Assembly (NCBI GenBank): GCA_002722245.1
Contig: PBLA01000033.1
Location: 229,178 to 293,177, forward strand
DNA: 64,000 nucleotides
Direction: 5' to 3'
From: Flavobacteriales bacterium
GTDB taxonomy: Bacteria; Bacteroidota; Bacteroidia; Flavobacteriales_C; GCA-002722245
Part shown: positions 39,140 to 48,837 of the stretch, piece by piece
Numbering within the stretch: the stretch's first letter is position 1
Layout: each line of letters opens with the position of its first letter
Made by a program: the position numbers and the translations under genes
The notes under the pieces: model-generated
Told to the model about the DNA's origin: nothing
Database searches by the model: none
Seen by the model: only the letters and a program-made list of their open reading frames with translations

Positions 39140-39844
39140 TTAACCTATTCTATTGACTAGATCCTTCAAAGTCAATTTTAATTTCAGTCGTCCATCGCGA
39201 TATTTCGTTTTTTGATGATTTGGCTTAAAATCTTTTCCTTCAAAAGATTTAACGGGATTCCCTCGTTCTACCTCTGTATGTTGGGTCCATGTTTGCTTTT
39301 GCATATCAATTATCGAGTTCATTTCACTTTGTTTTAATGCGATGAGCAATTTACGTTTTGCCTCTCGCTTGTTTTGTAATTGAGACGCTGAGCCTCTTGA
39401 TACTGCGGTTACTCCAGTTGGGCCATGTACTGCCCTTACAGCAGTTTCCACTTTGTTTACATGTTGTCCACCTGGACCGCCAGCGCGAAAGGTTTGATAA
39501 TAGATTTCACCTTCACTAATTTGGAATTGATTTCTATTGAATGTCACTTCATTCACTCCAACAAACCAGTTTTTACGTTTATGAAATCTTCTGTACGGGC
39601 TTTTACCAATCCACTGAATGGTGCCAATCCATCCAAATAAAAAAGAATTAATTTGTTCTCCTTCCACCTGAATCGTAGCCGATAAAAGCGTATTCTTTTC
39701 ATTACCTTCTTCGCGCGTAACTACTTTGGCGACGACGCCTTTATCTCTGGCCGATTTCAAAAACTGTTTTAAAACTTGGGCTACAACCCAAGCACATTCT
39801 AAAGGTCCTCTTCCTGCTGTTATATGTATAATTTTCATTTCCAT
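39140..39844 (-). CDS. prfH: Peptide chain release factor homologue RF-H
   Basis: GGQ motif (GGPGGQHVNKVETAVR); short class-I RF lacking domain 1; immediately downstream of rtcB. Confidence 0.8.
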   Translation of the reverse strand: MEMKIIHITAGRGPLECAWVVAQVLKQFLKSARDKGVVAKVVTREEGNEKNTLLSATIQVEGEQINSFLFGWIGTIQWIGKSPYRRFHKRKNWFVGVNEVTFNRNQFQISEGEIYYQTFRAGGPGGQHVNKVETAVRAVHGPTGVTAVSRGSASQLQNKREAKRKLLIALKQSEMNSIIDMQKQTWTQHTEVERGNPVKSFEGKDFKPNHQKTKYRDGRLKLKLTLKDLVNRIG

Positions 39845-39864
39845 GATTTAATCATTTAAAACTT

Positions 39865-41340
39865 TTATCGTTCTTTATCCATTCTTACAATCCGTGGATA
39901 AAACTTTCCTTCAATATTTATTAAGTTCTTCTGCGCCTTAATTACATTATCAATATTCTTGTAAGCAATTGGAGCTTCGTCAACCCCTCCTCCGATTAGT
40001 GTTACTTTTTCGCGTTTTAATATTTTTTTAAGTTCACTTCTCGTTATTGCATTTTTGGCTTTAGTTCTGCTTAACTCTCTTCCTGCTCCATGTGAAGCTG
40101 AATTCAAACTAGCCACCTCTCCTTTCCCACTTACAATATATCCCGGATGGATCATTGATCCGGGAATGACCCCCAACTCACCCTTGTGAGCCGGGGTTGC
40201 TCCTTTTCGATGCACAATCAATTCCTGATCTTCAATTTTCTCCTTCCAAGCAAAATTGTGGTGGTTTTCAATTTTTGCAATTGGTTTCCCTCCCACTAAT
40301 TTCCCTAATCTGTAATGTATATGATCATGACATGCCTTGGCGTAATCGCCAGCTAAATTCATAGCCATCCAGTACTCAGCTCCAGCCTCAGAATGTATAT
40401 CCAACCAAGCTAAATGCTGTACTTCGCGGGGAAGCAAACAAGACTCTTTAGCTAATCTTGTATAATACTGAGCAATTCCTGCTCCAAATCCTCGAGAACC
40501 AGAGTGAGAAAGAATGCCGACATATTCCCCATTTGGAATGTTAAAGCCTTTTTGTTCGTTTTGAAAATCCTGCTCAAATACCACTTTTCCGAACTCCACA
40601 AAATGATTCCCGCTTCCAGAGCTCCCAATTTGCTGAATAGCTTTATTCATTAAGCTTTTCACAATTGGAATTTCTTTAAACTCTGGACGATCGAATAAAT
40701 CATCTGAACGAGGATTTTCTATGGCATTTCCACTTCCAAATGCAGTATTACCTATTAACCCTTCAGAGAGTTGGTACTCATATCTATCCAAATAAGCAGG
40801 ACGAACATCGTAAATACTTAAACTCATTCGGCACCCTATATCTACACCCACACCATATGGAATAATATGGTTTTTACTTGCCAATACGCCGCCGATTGGC
40901 AATCCATATCCCACATGAGCATCAGGCATTAACGCACCCTTTTCTGCAATAGGCAAACGCATTGCTGTACTCATTTGCTGTATTGTATTTGATGTAACAT
41001 GCTCCCTCCCAAAAACATTGAAATCGCCGCTTTCTTTATTGATATCAATAATCTGTTTGGGAGCAATGTCATTTACTATAATAAATTCCGCTGCCAACTT
41101 CCCAAGGGTGTCATGATCTTTATATTTTTCAGCATTTAAAAGAACGTCTTCTAATAAGCTAATCTTCTCTTTTTTAGTAGAGTGTTTAGCTATTCTATTA
41201 CAATAATCTAATGCTATACTTTTAGATTTTGGTGTAGTATATCCAAGTTTGCTAAGGTCTTTTCCTCTTAATTTATTATTTGCCATTATTATTTGGTTTG
41301 ATTGTTTTTCATAAGGAATAGTTATCCCATTCAAAGACAT
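39865..41340 (-). CDS. rtcB: RtcB-family RNA ligase (RtcB2 partner of PrfH)
   Basis: 491 aa; conserved RtcB metal-binding His/Cys/Asp motifs (HxGxG, GSGNHF, NHHNF). Confidence 0.85.
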   Translation of the reverse strand: MSLNGITIPYEKQSNQIIMANNKLRGKDLSKLGYTTPKSKSIALDYCNRIAKHSTKKEKISLLEDVLLNAEKYKDHDTLGKLAAEFIIVNDIAPKQIIDINKESGDFNVFGREHVTSNTIQQMSTAMRLPIAEKGALMPDAHVGYGLPIGGVLASKNHIIPYGVGVDIGCRMSLSIYDVRPAYLDRYEYQLSEGLIGNTAFGSGNAIENPRSDDLFDRPEFKEIPIVKSLMNKAIQQIGSSGSGNHFVEFGKVVFEQDFQNEQKGFNIPNGEYVGILSHSGSRGFGAGIAQYYTRLAKESCLLPREVQHLAWLDIHSEAGAEYWMAMNLAGDYAKACHDHIHYRLGKLVGGKPIAKIENHHNFAWKEKIEDQELIVHRKGATPAHKGELGVIPGSMIHPGYIVSGKGEVASLNSASHGAGRELSRTKAKNAITRSELKKILKREKVTLIGGGVDEAPIAYKNIDNVIKAQKNLINIEGKFYPRIVRMDKER

Positions 41341-41377
41341 GATGTCTTTGTTTACAATTCATACAATTTACCTGAGC

Positions 41378-41405
41378 AAAAAAAAGCCCGATCGGCTGAT
41401 CGGGC
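41378..41405 (-). terminator. Rho-independent terminator on the minus strand (stem gcccgatc/gatcgggc, T-run on the minus strand) between the PLD-like gene and rtcB
   Basis: Stem 41386-41393/41398-41405; A-run 41378-41385 on plus, which is a T-run on minus. Confidence 0.6.
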
Positions 41406-41713
41406 ATAAGATATATCTTAAAAGATAGAAGTTATTTAAAACTTCCTCCCGACCAATTTTTGTATTTGACTAATTTCATAATCATAAGCTCTTCGTTTTT
41501 TTGTGAACTAAAACGCGGCATAAGACAAATGTAATTACATTTTTTTAAATTGCAAATAATCAGAATAAAATTTTGATATTTTTTTTCACGCAAAATAAAA
41601 AACATATAATTTTCAATTTAAGAGTATATAAGAACATATGATCTAACTATATATCCTAGTCCCTTTACTCACGAAAACAATAAGGCATACCCAATTTAAG
41701 TTCAATATGATTG

Positions 41714-42397
41714 TTAAAAATCCACAAACACATCCCACAATTTTTCAAACTCCTTTAAATACGCCTTCACCATCTTAGGATCTTCCGTAACCAATAAATT
41801 TTCTTGATTTCTGTCAGCAGCACTTTTAGTCCAGTTATAACTACCTGTTAAAAGTATTTCTCTATCCACTATGCAAAACTTGTGGTGCATGTGACTACTG
41901 GATTCATCTATTCTAATTCTCACTTCTTCATCTGCTAGCCACCTGATGTCACTTCCTTTATCGTTCAATTTATCATTGTCTGTAATTATAGTAACCGATA
42001 CCCCTCTCTTTTTAGCCGCTATAATCTCATTTGTAATGACATTTTCACTAATGGTAAAAACACAAATTTTTATACTGTGTTTTGCATTTCTAATACACGA
42101 AACAATTGCATTTTCACAATCGTCTCCTGGACTAAAATAACATCGGTTTTCAACCTCATTTTTATCCTTTACTGGAAGTAAGCACTTATTTATCTCCTCC
42201 AACCAAGTTACGAGTCTGATGGTTTCAGCATCACTCGAATCGTTTTGTGCCAACTCAAAAAATTGACTTCGGAGAACATTTAATTCATGATTTGAAGGTT
42301 TTTTAGCCTTTATAAGATTCTTTAATGTTTGCTTGTCCCTACTATAAAATTCTTTCGTTTTAAAGGAGGATTTTAAAAATTCTATGATTTCATCCAT
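41714..42397 (-). CDS. PLD-family single-HKD protein (Nuc-like endonuclease/phosphodiesterase) with a ~95-aa N-terminal helical extension
   Basis: HKD motif HHKFCIVD...GSYNWTKSA. Confidence 0.7.
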   Translation of the reverse strand: MDEIIEFLKSSFKTKEFYSRDKQTLKNLIKAKKPSNHELNVLRSQFFELAQNDSSDAETIRLVTWLEEINKCLLPVKDKNEVENRCYFSPGDDCENAIVSCIRNAKHSIKICVFTISENVITNEIIAAKKRGVSVTIITDNDKLNDKGSDIRWLADEEVRIRIDESSSHMHHKFCIVDREILLTGSYNWTKSAADRNQENLLVTEDPKMVKAYLKEFEKLWDVFVDF

Positions 42398-42424
42398 AGA
42401 TTAAAAGTAAAAAAGGAACGCGAA

Positions 42425-43270
42425 TTAAGTGGACTCAAAATACAAAAGCTCCCATGCTTTTTTTATGTTATTCTCCATTAACATTTTTTTCACCGCTCTA
42501 TACGTTTTAGGATCACTGGTAATCTTCATTTTCTTTAAATCAAATGGAATTGACTTCACATTCGCTAATTTGGAAATTTCATTTCCAGTAAGGAATGTAC
42601 TTTCCTTTATCTCAAGAGGAAGGTTATCCCAACCAATAGCGATTTCTGTACTTTCTTTCTTCACACGAAACAAAGAACCCTCATTCACTTTGGTATAAAA
42701 GTCCTGACCTAAACGTGCAATCAAATCTAATTTTTCAATGTTAATCTGAAAATCCTCACCAATAATGCCCTTCTTAAAATGAGAGGTTAACACTTCACAG
42801 AGCACTAAATTTCCAGCCCCCCCTTTTTCACCTAATGCCAGTGTTGAAATCACTTTACATTCAAAACTAGCAAGAGCCTCGGATACACGAGGTGGTTGAA
42901 CTGTAGTTGACTTTAACGATGTAAAACCAGATTTCTCAAACTCATTTATTGAAGCATCGTAATCATTCCCTGCAATGGACATTTGCTCAACATGATTTAA
43001 ACCTATGATGTTAATCACAACTTCTGCCACTTGATGCACATTATTAAGAGTATCTTTTGTTGTATTCTTCCTAAGTCTTCTTAACGGCGAGAAAACCAAA
43101 ATGGGTGGATCGATACTCATTACATTAAAAAAACTAAATGGTGCCAGATTTATCATTCCTGCATCATTACAAGAACTCACTAGGGCAATAGGTCTTGGAC
43201 CGATTATTCCAGAAAGTAATCGATAATACATTCTTGGTTCAATATCTTTTGGGCTAATATTATCCATCAT
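42425..43270 (-). CDS. Flavin reductase-like domain protein
   Basis: N-terminal YRLLSGIIGPRPIALVSS matches the flavin-reductase/FMN-binding split-barrel family. Confidence 0.55.
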   Translation of the reverse strand: MMDNISPKDIEPRMYYRLLSGIIGPRPIALVSSCNDAGMINLAPFSFFNVMSIDPPILVFSPLRRLRKNTTKDTLNNVHQVAEVVINIIGLNHVEQMSIAGNDYDASINEFEKSGFTSLKSTTVQPPRVSEALASFECKVISTLALGEKGGAGNLVLCEVLTSHFKKGIIGEDFQINIEKLDLIARLGQDFYTKVNEGSLFRVKKESTEIAIGWDNLPLEIKESTFLTGNEISKLANVKSIPFDLKKMKITSDPKTYRAVKKMLMENNIKKAWELLYFEST

Positions 43271-44331
43271 AACTCATTTGTAAGTATACCAGCTGCTTTT
43301 CCAAAACCAACTTTTAATCCTTTTTTACTTGCAAAACCACGCAATACAACTTCATCTCCTTTTTTGAGAAACGTTATTTTTTTACTGTTCACCACAATAG
43401 GTTTTTCTCCATTGTAAGTAAGCTCGAGCAAACTTCCTTTCTCCTGTTCATCACTTATGGTTCCCGATCCAAGAATATCTCCTACGCGAAGATTACAACC
43501 ATTGATTGTATGATGCGCAATTTGTTGACTAAGTGTCCAATATAATTTGGAAAAATTTGTCCGAGTGACTACTTTACCATTAAGGGATACCGATAAATTG
43601 ATATTGTAGGTTGTTGGACAGGCTGCTCTTAAGTAAGGTAAAATTCCTTCCTGTTTTAACGCCTTGGTTTTAAAGGGTTGTAAGGCCTCAATTGTAATAA
43701 TCCATGGAGAAATCGTTGTGGCAAAGTTTTTTCCTAAAAATGGCCCTAGAGGCTTATATTCCCAACTTTGTATATCTCTTGCCGACCAGTCATTGAGAAG
43801 ACAAAATCCAAAAATATAATCCTCAGCTCGATTAATGTCAATGGGTTTTCCCAATAGGTTGCTTTTACCAATTACAGTCGCAAATTCTAACTCAAAATCA
43901 ACTTTGTCTGATGACTTGTATACAATCGCATTTTCACTTGCAACTTGTCCTGAAGGAATTTTTATTGGCGTTTCTGAAACAACAATCGAAGACGACCTAC
44001 CGTGATAAGCGATCGGCATATGAAGCCAGTTTTCAAGTAAGGCATCCTCTTCTGACCGAAAGAGTTTACCCACATTCTCAGCATGAAATTTACTGGAGTA
44101 AAAATCGGTATAATCTCCAACATTGACCGGTAGATGCATCGATACATCACGAACAAGATATGAGTACTTTGAAAAGTCCGTTTCTAACATACTTCCTTTA
44201 GTTGTTAATTCCCTTTGAATTACTAAACGCACACGAGTTGTATCCTGTTTCCCTAACCCGATAAACGCATTTAAATCCTCTGATTCAAACACATCGCTTT
44301 TTATAAAAGGGAAACACCCACTATCATACAT
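43267..44331 (-). CDS. fahA: Fumarylacetoacetase (coordinates from the first ATG; homology continues upstream to about 44463, see findings)
   Basis: DYTDFYSS...HMPIAYHGRSSS and a conserved FAH core similar to eukaryotic/bacterial fumarylacetoacetase. Confidence 0.8.
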   Translation of the reverse strand: MYDSGCFPFIKSDVFESEDLNAFIGLGKQDTTRVRLVIQRELTTKGSMLETDFSKYSYLVRDVSMHLPVNVGDYTDFYSSKFHAENVGKLFRSEEDALLENWLHMPIAYHGRSSSIVVSETPIKIPSGQVASENAIVYKSSDKVDFELEFATVIGKSNLLGKPIDINRAEDYIFGFCLLNDWSARDIQSWEYKPLGPFLGKNFATTISPWIITIEALQPFKTKALKQEGILPYLRAACPTTYNINLSVSLNGKVVTRTNFSKLYWTLSQQIAHHTINGCNLRVGDILGSGTISDEQEKGSLLELTYNGEKPIVVNSKKITFLKKGDEVVLRGFASKKGLKVGFGKAAGILTNEL

Positions 44332-44459
44332 TGACTTTAAATCAATAATATAATCTCCTATTCTACTGGCTATTCTTTTCGACTTCCCTTTAGAAAAAAC
44401 ACCAAAAGGAATATTATATATCGAAAAATCAGATTCTGAAGATATGTTTAACCAAGTTT

Positions 44460-45575
44460 CTATAATGTTCCTCTTTTTGATTGTTCTAATTCAATCGCCT
44501 CAAACAGCGCTTTAAAATTTCCTTTTCCAAAAGATTTAGCTCCTTTTCTCTGTATAATTTCATAAAACACAGTAGGCCTTGGCCCAATAGGTTTAGTGAA
44601 AATTTGCAACAAATATCCTTCATCATCTCGATCAATCAAGATGCGTAAATCTTTTAACGGCTCAAGTTCTTCATCTATTTCGCCCACACGATCCATCACA
44701 GTGTCATAATATTCATTGGGTACATGTAAAAATTCAACACCTCGGTTTTTCAACTTTGTCACCGTTTCAATAATATTAGAAGTTGCAAGCGCAATATGCT
44801 GAACTCCTGCTCCTTCGTAAAAATTTAAATATTCCTCAATTTGAGATTTCTTTTTTCCTTCTGCAGGTTCATTAATCGGAAATTTAATCCTACCATTGTT
44901 ATTGGACATTACTTTACTCATTAGGGCTGTGTAATCCGTAGAGATATCTTTGTCATCAAAAGAAATCAACTGCGTAAACCCCATTACTTTTGCATAAAAT
45001 TCAGCCCAATTATTCATGTCATTCCATCCCACATTACCTACCATATGGTCAACATATTTTAATCCTAACTCAGAGGGCTTATATTCCGTCTCCCACGCTA
45101 CAAAACCGGGCATAAAAACGCCTTTGTAATTTGATCGATCAACAAATAAATGTATTGTATCACCATATGTCTTTATCCCACTAATATGAATACTTCCATC
45201 CTGATCTTCCAACGATTCAAAATTATGTGCAATTTCTGCACCTCTAGAAACTGTTTCTTTTAGGGCTTTTTCCGCATTATCAACCATTAGAGCAATCACT
45301 TTCACACCATCACCATGTTGATCGATATGTTTTCCAATTGGTGTTCCTGAAATCAACGGGGAACTAAATACTAATCTAATTTTACCTTGTTGAACAACGT
45401 ACGATTCAATTGATTTATGTCCAGTGGACAATCCAGAATACGCAAGCGGTTGAAAACCAAAAGCGGATTGATAATACCGAGCAGCTTGCAAGGAATTACT
45501 GACATAAAATTCTATAAAATCCGTCCCGTTTAAGGGTAAAAAATCCTTATTATCCATACCATTTAGGTTAACCAA
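44460..45575 (-). CDS. hppD: 4-hydroxyphenylpyruvate dioxygenase
   Basis: Two VOC/glyoxalase-fold halves; conserved HPPD C-terminal motifs (QIFTKP, FFEIIQRKG, GFGKGNFKALFE). Confidence 0.9.
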   Translation of the reverse strand: MVNLNGMDNKDFLPLNGTDFIEFYVSNSLQAARYYQSAFGFQPLAYSGLSTGHKSIESYVVQQGKIRLVFSSPLISGTPIGKHIDQHGDGVKVIALMVDNAEKALKETVSRGAEIAHNFESLEDQDGSIHISGIKTYGDTIHLFVDRSNYKGVFMPGFVAWETEYKPSELGLKYVDHMVGNVGWNDMNNWAEFYAKVMGFTQLISFDDKDISTDYTALMSKVMSNNNGRIKFPINEPAEGKKKSQIEEYLNFYEGAGVQHIALATSNIIETVTKLKNRGVEFLHVPNEYYDTVMDRVGEIDEELEPLKDLRILIDRDDEGYLLQIFTKPIGPRPTVFYEIIQRKGAKSFGKGNFKALFEAIELEQSKRGTL

Positions 45576-46714
45576 GATTTAAAATAATGTGCATCTTCAA
45601 TTGCTAATGCTTGTTTCGTTAATTGTAAAGGCTTAAATGTATCAACCATTACTGCAAGCTCCTCCGTTTTTACTTCACCGATACTTTTTTCTATTGTTCC
45701 TGGATGCGGTCCATGAGGAATTCCGGCAGGATGTAACGTGATATCTCCACATTCAATATTATCCCTACTCATAAAATTACCTTCAACATAATACAATACC
45801 TCATCAGAATCAATATTACTATGATTGTAAGGTGCCGGAATAGCCAATGGATGATAATCAAAAAGGCGAGGACAAAATGAACAAACTACAAAATTATGGC
45901 CTTGAAAAATTTGATGAACAGGAGGGGGTTGATGAATCATTCCGGTTATAGGTTCAAAACTATGGATTGAAAGTGCAAATGGGTAACAATAACCATCCCA
46001 ACCTACCACATCAAATGGATGAGATGCATAGGTAACTTCATGGACTTTATAGCCTTTATTTATTCTAATTTTAAATGTCCCTTTTTCATCATACCATTTT
46101 AAATTTTTGGGTAATCGAATATCTCTTTCACAAATTGGTGCACCTTCAAGAAATTGTCCTTTTTTACTCAAATAACGTTTGGGAAAATTTATAGAACTAT
46201 TTGATTCCAGATAGAGCACCTTATTTTTCTTTGAAGTGAAACAAAATTGATAGATTACGCCTTTTGGAATAATAATATAATCTCCAGAACCAAAATTAAT
46301 TTCTCCTAAAAACGTTTTTAAGACTCCTTTGCCATGATGAATGAAAACCAACTCATCAAAAGAAGAATTTTTATAAAATATAGAATCATTAATCTCTGAA
46401 GGACATGCCACACCAATAGCTACATCATTATTAAATAAAAGGGGGATTTTAGATTCATTGTAAAAGTTAGAACTAGGAAAAGTATTTGCTTTTAATTTTC
46501 GAGATTTAATGTTGTGTGTAACTCCAGCAACGGGTGCAACATCGGCTAAATCTTTCACATCTTTTACTTGGGTAGGCGGATGGAGGTGGTAAAGTAAGGA
46601 GGAATCACTTGAAAATCCTTCTGTCCCAAATAACTCTTCATAAAATAAGCTGCCATCCTCTTTTCTGAATTGGATATGTCTCTTTGGTGGTATTTTTCCT
46701 AGTTTATGATACAT
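45563..46714 (-). CDS. hmgA: Homogentisate 1,2-dioxygenase
   Basis: 383 aa; cupin HGD conservation (hmgA family). Confidence 0.85.
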   Translation of the reverse strand: MYHKLGKIPPKRHIQFRKEDGSLFYEELFGTEGFSSDSSLLYHLHPPTQVKDVKDLADVAPVAGVTHNIKSRKLKANTFPSSNFYNESKIPLLFNNDVAIGVACPSEINDSIFYKNSSFDELVFIHHGKGVLKTFLGEINFGSGDYIIIPKGVIYQFCFTSKKNKVLYLESNSSINFPKRYLSKKGQFLEGAPICERDIRLPKNLKWYDEKGTFKIRINKGYKVHEVTYASHPFDVVGWDGYCYPFALSIHSFEPITGMIHQPPPVHQIFQGHNFVVCSFCPRLFDYHPLAIPAPYNHSNIDSDEVLYYVEGNFMSRDNIECGDITLHPAGIPHGPHPGTIEKSIGEVKTEELAVMVDTFKPLQLTKQALAIEDAHYFKSWLT

Positions 46715-46715
46715 A

Positions 46716-47951
46716 CTACAATAACTTTTTTAATGCTAAGGTTAACGCTGTTTCACTTATAAGTACCCGTTGTGGATTTACGAGTTTAATATCCTTTAAC
46801 GCATTTAATAGTATCGTTGCCACATCTTCAAATATTGCAGAGGAGGTGATTTCTGAGTCCTCACTCATACAATATGCAAAGGTTCTCGCCATTCCACAAT
46901 TCGCTATAAAATCAGGAATTACAGAAATTTTTTTATCCGCATATTGCATAACATCTCCGTATAAAATTTCTGGATTATCAAAAGGAACATTAGCACCACA
47001 TGAAATAAGCTCGCACCCATTTTCAATTAAATGATCAATTTGCGCCTTATTCACCAATCTTGAACCTGCACAGGGTAAAAAAACTGTAGCTTTTTGCTTC
47101 CAAAATGCAATTTTATCTTCTGAGATAATCTTTTGTGGACTCTCAATTCTATTTCCCTTTCTAGTGGTAAACAGCGTAATAATTTCTTCCATCGAAAACC
47201 CTTCTTTTGAAAGTATGTACCCTTCTTTATCCATTATTCCCTTAATCTTGTAGCCCGCTTTGGAGAGAAAAAATCCAGCTGAAGCCCCCACATTACCCCA
47301 TCCTTGAATTAATACTGCTTTTTCATCCTCCCCTCCATTCTTCCATAATGTATAATAATGAATGACAGATTGAGCAACTCCATAACCTGTTATCATGTCT
47401 GAAATAGTAAACTTTTCAGCAAAATCAGGAGTGAAATCTCTATTTGCTATAATCATTGGAACACCAAGGCGAAGTTGTCCAATTTTAGATATTTTAATTG
47501 ATTTGTTAGGCCTAAAATGTCCTTCAACGATTCCTTCTTGAGGGTGCCATAAGCCAAAACTCTCCGTAATGGGAACCACATCTTTCGCTTCATCAATATT
47601 CATATCTCCGCCCGTTCCATAATAGGACCTTAACAAGGGACTTACTACCTTAAACCATCGCTGAAGCACTTCTTTTTTCCGTGGGTCATTCGGATTAAAA
47701 TCAATTCCCGATTTTGCCCCTCCAATTTGTGGACCACTTACTGTAAATTTCACTTCCATTGTTTTGGCTAAAGAAGTCACTTCATGCAACGTTAAGCCTT
47801 TTCTCATTCGCGTTCCTCCTCCCGATGCGCCTCCTCTCATAGAATTAATGACTACCCAACCTCTCGCTGATGTTTGAGAATCATTCCACTCAAAAGTAAT
47901 TTCGGGAGATTTAGATTCGTACTCATGAATTAATTCCTTGATGTGTGACAT
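46716..47951 (-). CDS. Glu/Leu/Phe/Val-dehydrogenase-superfamily amino-acid dehydrogenase (divergent)
   Basis: N-terminal substrate-domain motif GGxR (GGASGGGTRM) and C-terminal Rossmann GxGxxG (GWGNVG). Confidence 0.5.
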   Translation of the reverse strand: MSHIKELIHEYESKSPEITFEWNDSQTSARGWVVINSMRGGASGGGTRMRKGLTLHEVTSLAKTMEVKFTVSGPQIGGAKSGIDFNPNDPRKKEVLQRWFKVVSPLLRSYYGTGGDMNIDEAKDVVPITESFGLWHPQEGIVEGHFRPNKSIKISKIGQLRLGVPMIIANRDFTPDFAEKFTISDMITGYGVAQSVIHYYTLWKNGGEDEKAVLIQGWGNVGASAGFFLSKAGYKIKGIMDKEGYILSKEGFSMEEIITLFTTRKGNRIESPQKIISEDKIAFWKQKATVFLPCAGSRLVNKAQIDHLIENGCELISCGANVPFDNPEILYGDVMQYADKKISVIPDFIANCGMARTFAYCMSEDSEITSSAIFEDVATILLNALKDIKLVNPQRVLISETALTLALKKLL

Positions 47952-48087
47952 ACGTTGTTAACGAAAGAAAATTTAAAACGGATACACTTCTTTCCAGACA
48001 TTGTTTTAGCTGAGTGTTGATTTACAGAAACTTATGTATTCAAAATGCTCAAAAAAGCAGGATATAATTTGACAAGTATCAATAAAA

Positions 48088-48822
48088 GTGCGATTATTTA
48101 TTATGGTTCAGGATATGTCAAAATATACGGAAGAAGATCTTGAAATTTGGAATTACCTATTTGATAATCAATATCATAACATTCAAGGGAAAGTTTGTTG
48201 GGAATATTTAGATTGCGTCCAACAACTCTCTTCCGCCTTAAATCCTCACGAAATCCCAAACTTTAATAAACTGAACGCTTTATTACATCTTAAAACAGGG
48301 TGGTCTATCCATATTGTTCCAGGTTTAATTGAACCCGATGAGTTTTTTAATCACTTAAAAAACAGAAGGTTTTGTTCATCCACCTGGCTAAGAAGTAAGG
48401 ATAAACTTCACTACATACAAGAACCCGATATGTTCCACGATATTTTTGGTCATATTCCTCTATTTGCCAATCAAGATTATGCCGACTTTGCACAAAAAAT
48501 AGGTGAGATGGCGCATCACTGGAAACACGATGAAGATAAAATTGCTCAAATACAAAGACTTTATTGGTTTACCATTGAATTTGGTGTCATAAGACGAAAA
48601 GGGGAACTTAAAAGTTATGGCGCGGGTATTATTTCCTCCATTGAGGAGGTGGATAAAGTACATAATCAGATAGGAGAATTCAGAGAATATGATACCATTG
48701 AAATACTAAACCGACCATTTAATATTGACACCGTTCAACCTACTTACTATGTAATAGACTCATTCTCTGATCTTTACGAATCACTCAATCAAGTTGAGCT
48801 TATTTTCTCAAACGCTGCTTAA
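48088..48822 (+). CDS. phhA: Phenylalanine 4-monooxygenase (start may be the second ATG at 48103)
   Basis: Strong similarity to bacterial PAH: GWSIHIVPGLIEPDEFF, EPDMFHDIFGHIPLF, YWFTIEFG. Confidence 0.85.
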   Translation: MRLFIMVQDMSKYTEEDLEIWNYLFDNQYHNIQGKVCWEYLDCVQQLSSALNPHEIPNFNKLNALLHLKTGWSIHIVPGLIEPDEFFNHLKNRRFCSSTWLRSKDKLHYIQEPDMFHDIFGHIPLFANQDYADFAQKIGEMAHHWKHDEDKIAQIQRLYWFTIEFGVIRRKGELKSYGAGIISSIEEVDKVHNQIGEFREYDTIEILNRPFNIDTVQPTYYVIDSFSDLYESLNQVELIFSNAA

Positions 48823-48837
48823 TCAAAAAAACGCTAT

